In this document: piece by piece, positions 16,861 through 17,021 of the stretch | Position numbering within the stretch: position 1 is the stretch's first letter | How the letters are laid out: every line of letters begins with the position of its first letter | NCBI GenBank assembly: GCA_964457525.1 | Contig: CAYWGS010000026.1 | Span: forward strand, 1-17,021 | Direction: 5' to 3' | Source of the DNA: an uncultured Erysipelotrichaceae bacterium | GTDB taxonomy: Bacteria; Bacillota_I; Bacilli_A; Erysipelotrichales; Erysipelotrichaceae | Length of the DNA stretch: 17,021 bases | Translations under genes and position numbers: made by a program | Notes under the pieces: model-generated | Told to the model about the DNA's origin: nothing | Seen by the model: only the letters and a program-made list of their open reading frames with translations | Database searches by the model: none

Positions 16861-17021
16861 ATGACGGATATTCCATCTGTTGATGAGTTAATTTCTAATT
16901 CAATCAATGAAAAAAAATTAAAGCGAAAGAAAAAAGTAATAAAAGTTTTATCTACTTTAGTTTTCTTGTTTCTGCTTGGGTTTATAATTTTCTTCTATAT
17001 TACAAGCGATTATTCTAAATT
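16861..17021 (+). CDS. Probable cell division protein DivIB/FtsQ, N-terminal fragment (3' truncated by the window edge)
   Basis: Not in the ORF track because it is open at the window end. ATG 16861 lies 5 nt after GGAG. It translates to MTDIPSVDELISNSINEKKLKRKKKVIKVLSTLVFLFLLGFIIFFYITSDYSK, a basic stretch followed by one TM helix. The position after murG-murB matches the Firmicute dcw cluster. Confidence 0.6.
   Translation, partial: MTDIPSVDELISNSINEKKLKRKKKVIKVLSTLVFLFLLGFIIFFYITSDYSK

Noticed and set aside
15267-16876. Antisense ORFs 15267..15467 and 16670..16876 within murG and murB.
   Set aside because: They lie opposite conserved catalytic regions, with no SD and no family resemblance.
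16910-16917. Homopolymer runs: A8 in the divIB start, and A7 runs at 6961-6967, 7843-7849 and 10282-10288, considered as phase-variation or slippage sites.
   Set aside because: Runs of this length are expected in such AT-rich DNA. They encode Lys/Lys-Asn stretches in frame, and I see no evidence of frameshifted alternatives.
1-17021. Search for mobile elements, CRISPR repeats, tRNA/rRNA genes, toxin-antitoxin pairs or defence islands.
   Set aside because: Every long ORF but one matches a housekeeping family. Intergenic gaps are 135 nt or shorter and are explained by promoters, terminators or the rplU leader. I saw no repeat arrays or terminal inverted repeats.

Overview
AT-rich, gene-dense chromosomal segment using the standard genetic code (TGA terminates several ORFs; Trp is TGG). 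The content looks like a low-GC Bacillota genome. Evidence for that: the Prp protease and propeptide-bearing L27 module, a Firmicute-type DnaE, and murG-murB-divIB order. A relative of Erysipelotrichia is possible, but that is only inference. Seventeen of 18 coding regions are on the + strand. They form four blocks: (1) ackA (5' truncated), nrnA and an unassigned 548-aa membrane protein, ending in a terminator. (2) dnaE, an OmpR-type response regulator, a histidine kinase, a TrmN6-like methyltransferase and a DUF554 membrane protein. (3) L21 leader, rplU, prp, rpmA, a weak terminator, then obg, ruvA and ruvB. (4) A convergent HAD phosphatase on the - strand, then murG, murB and the start of divIB/ftsQ. 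I see no CRISPR array, transposase, integrase, tRNA or rRNA gene, toxin-antitoxin pair or recognisable defence module. This is mostly ordinary core genome with almost no unassigned intergenic space. If something undescribed is here, I see three candidates. First, the unassignable 548-aa membrane-anchored ectodomain protein between nrnA and dnaE. Second, the tight packing of an envelope-type two-component system, methyltransferase and DUF554 protein directly behind dnaE. Third, two genes (ruvA and the HAD phosphatase) that lack a Shine-Dalgarno sequence and have an extended -10 box exactly 6 nt before the ATG, which suggests leaderless mRNAs. All functional calls rest on motif recognition by eye; no searches were run.
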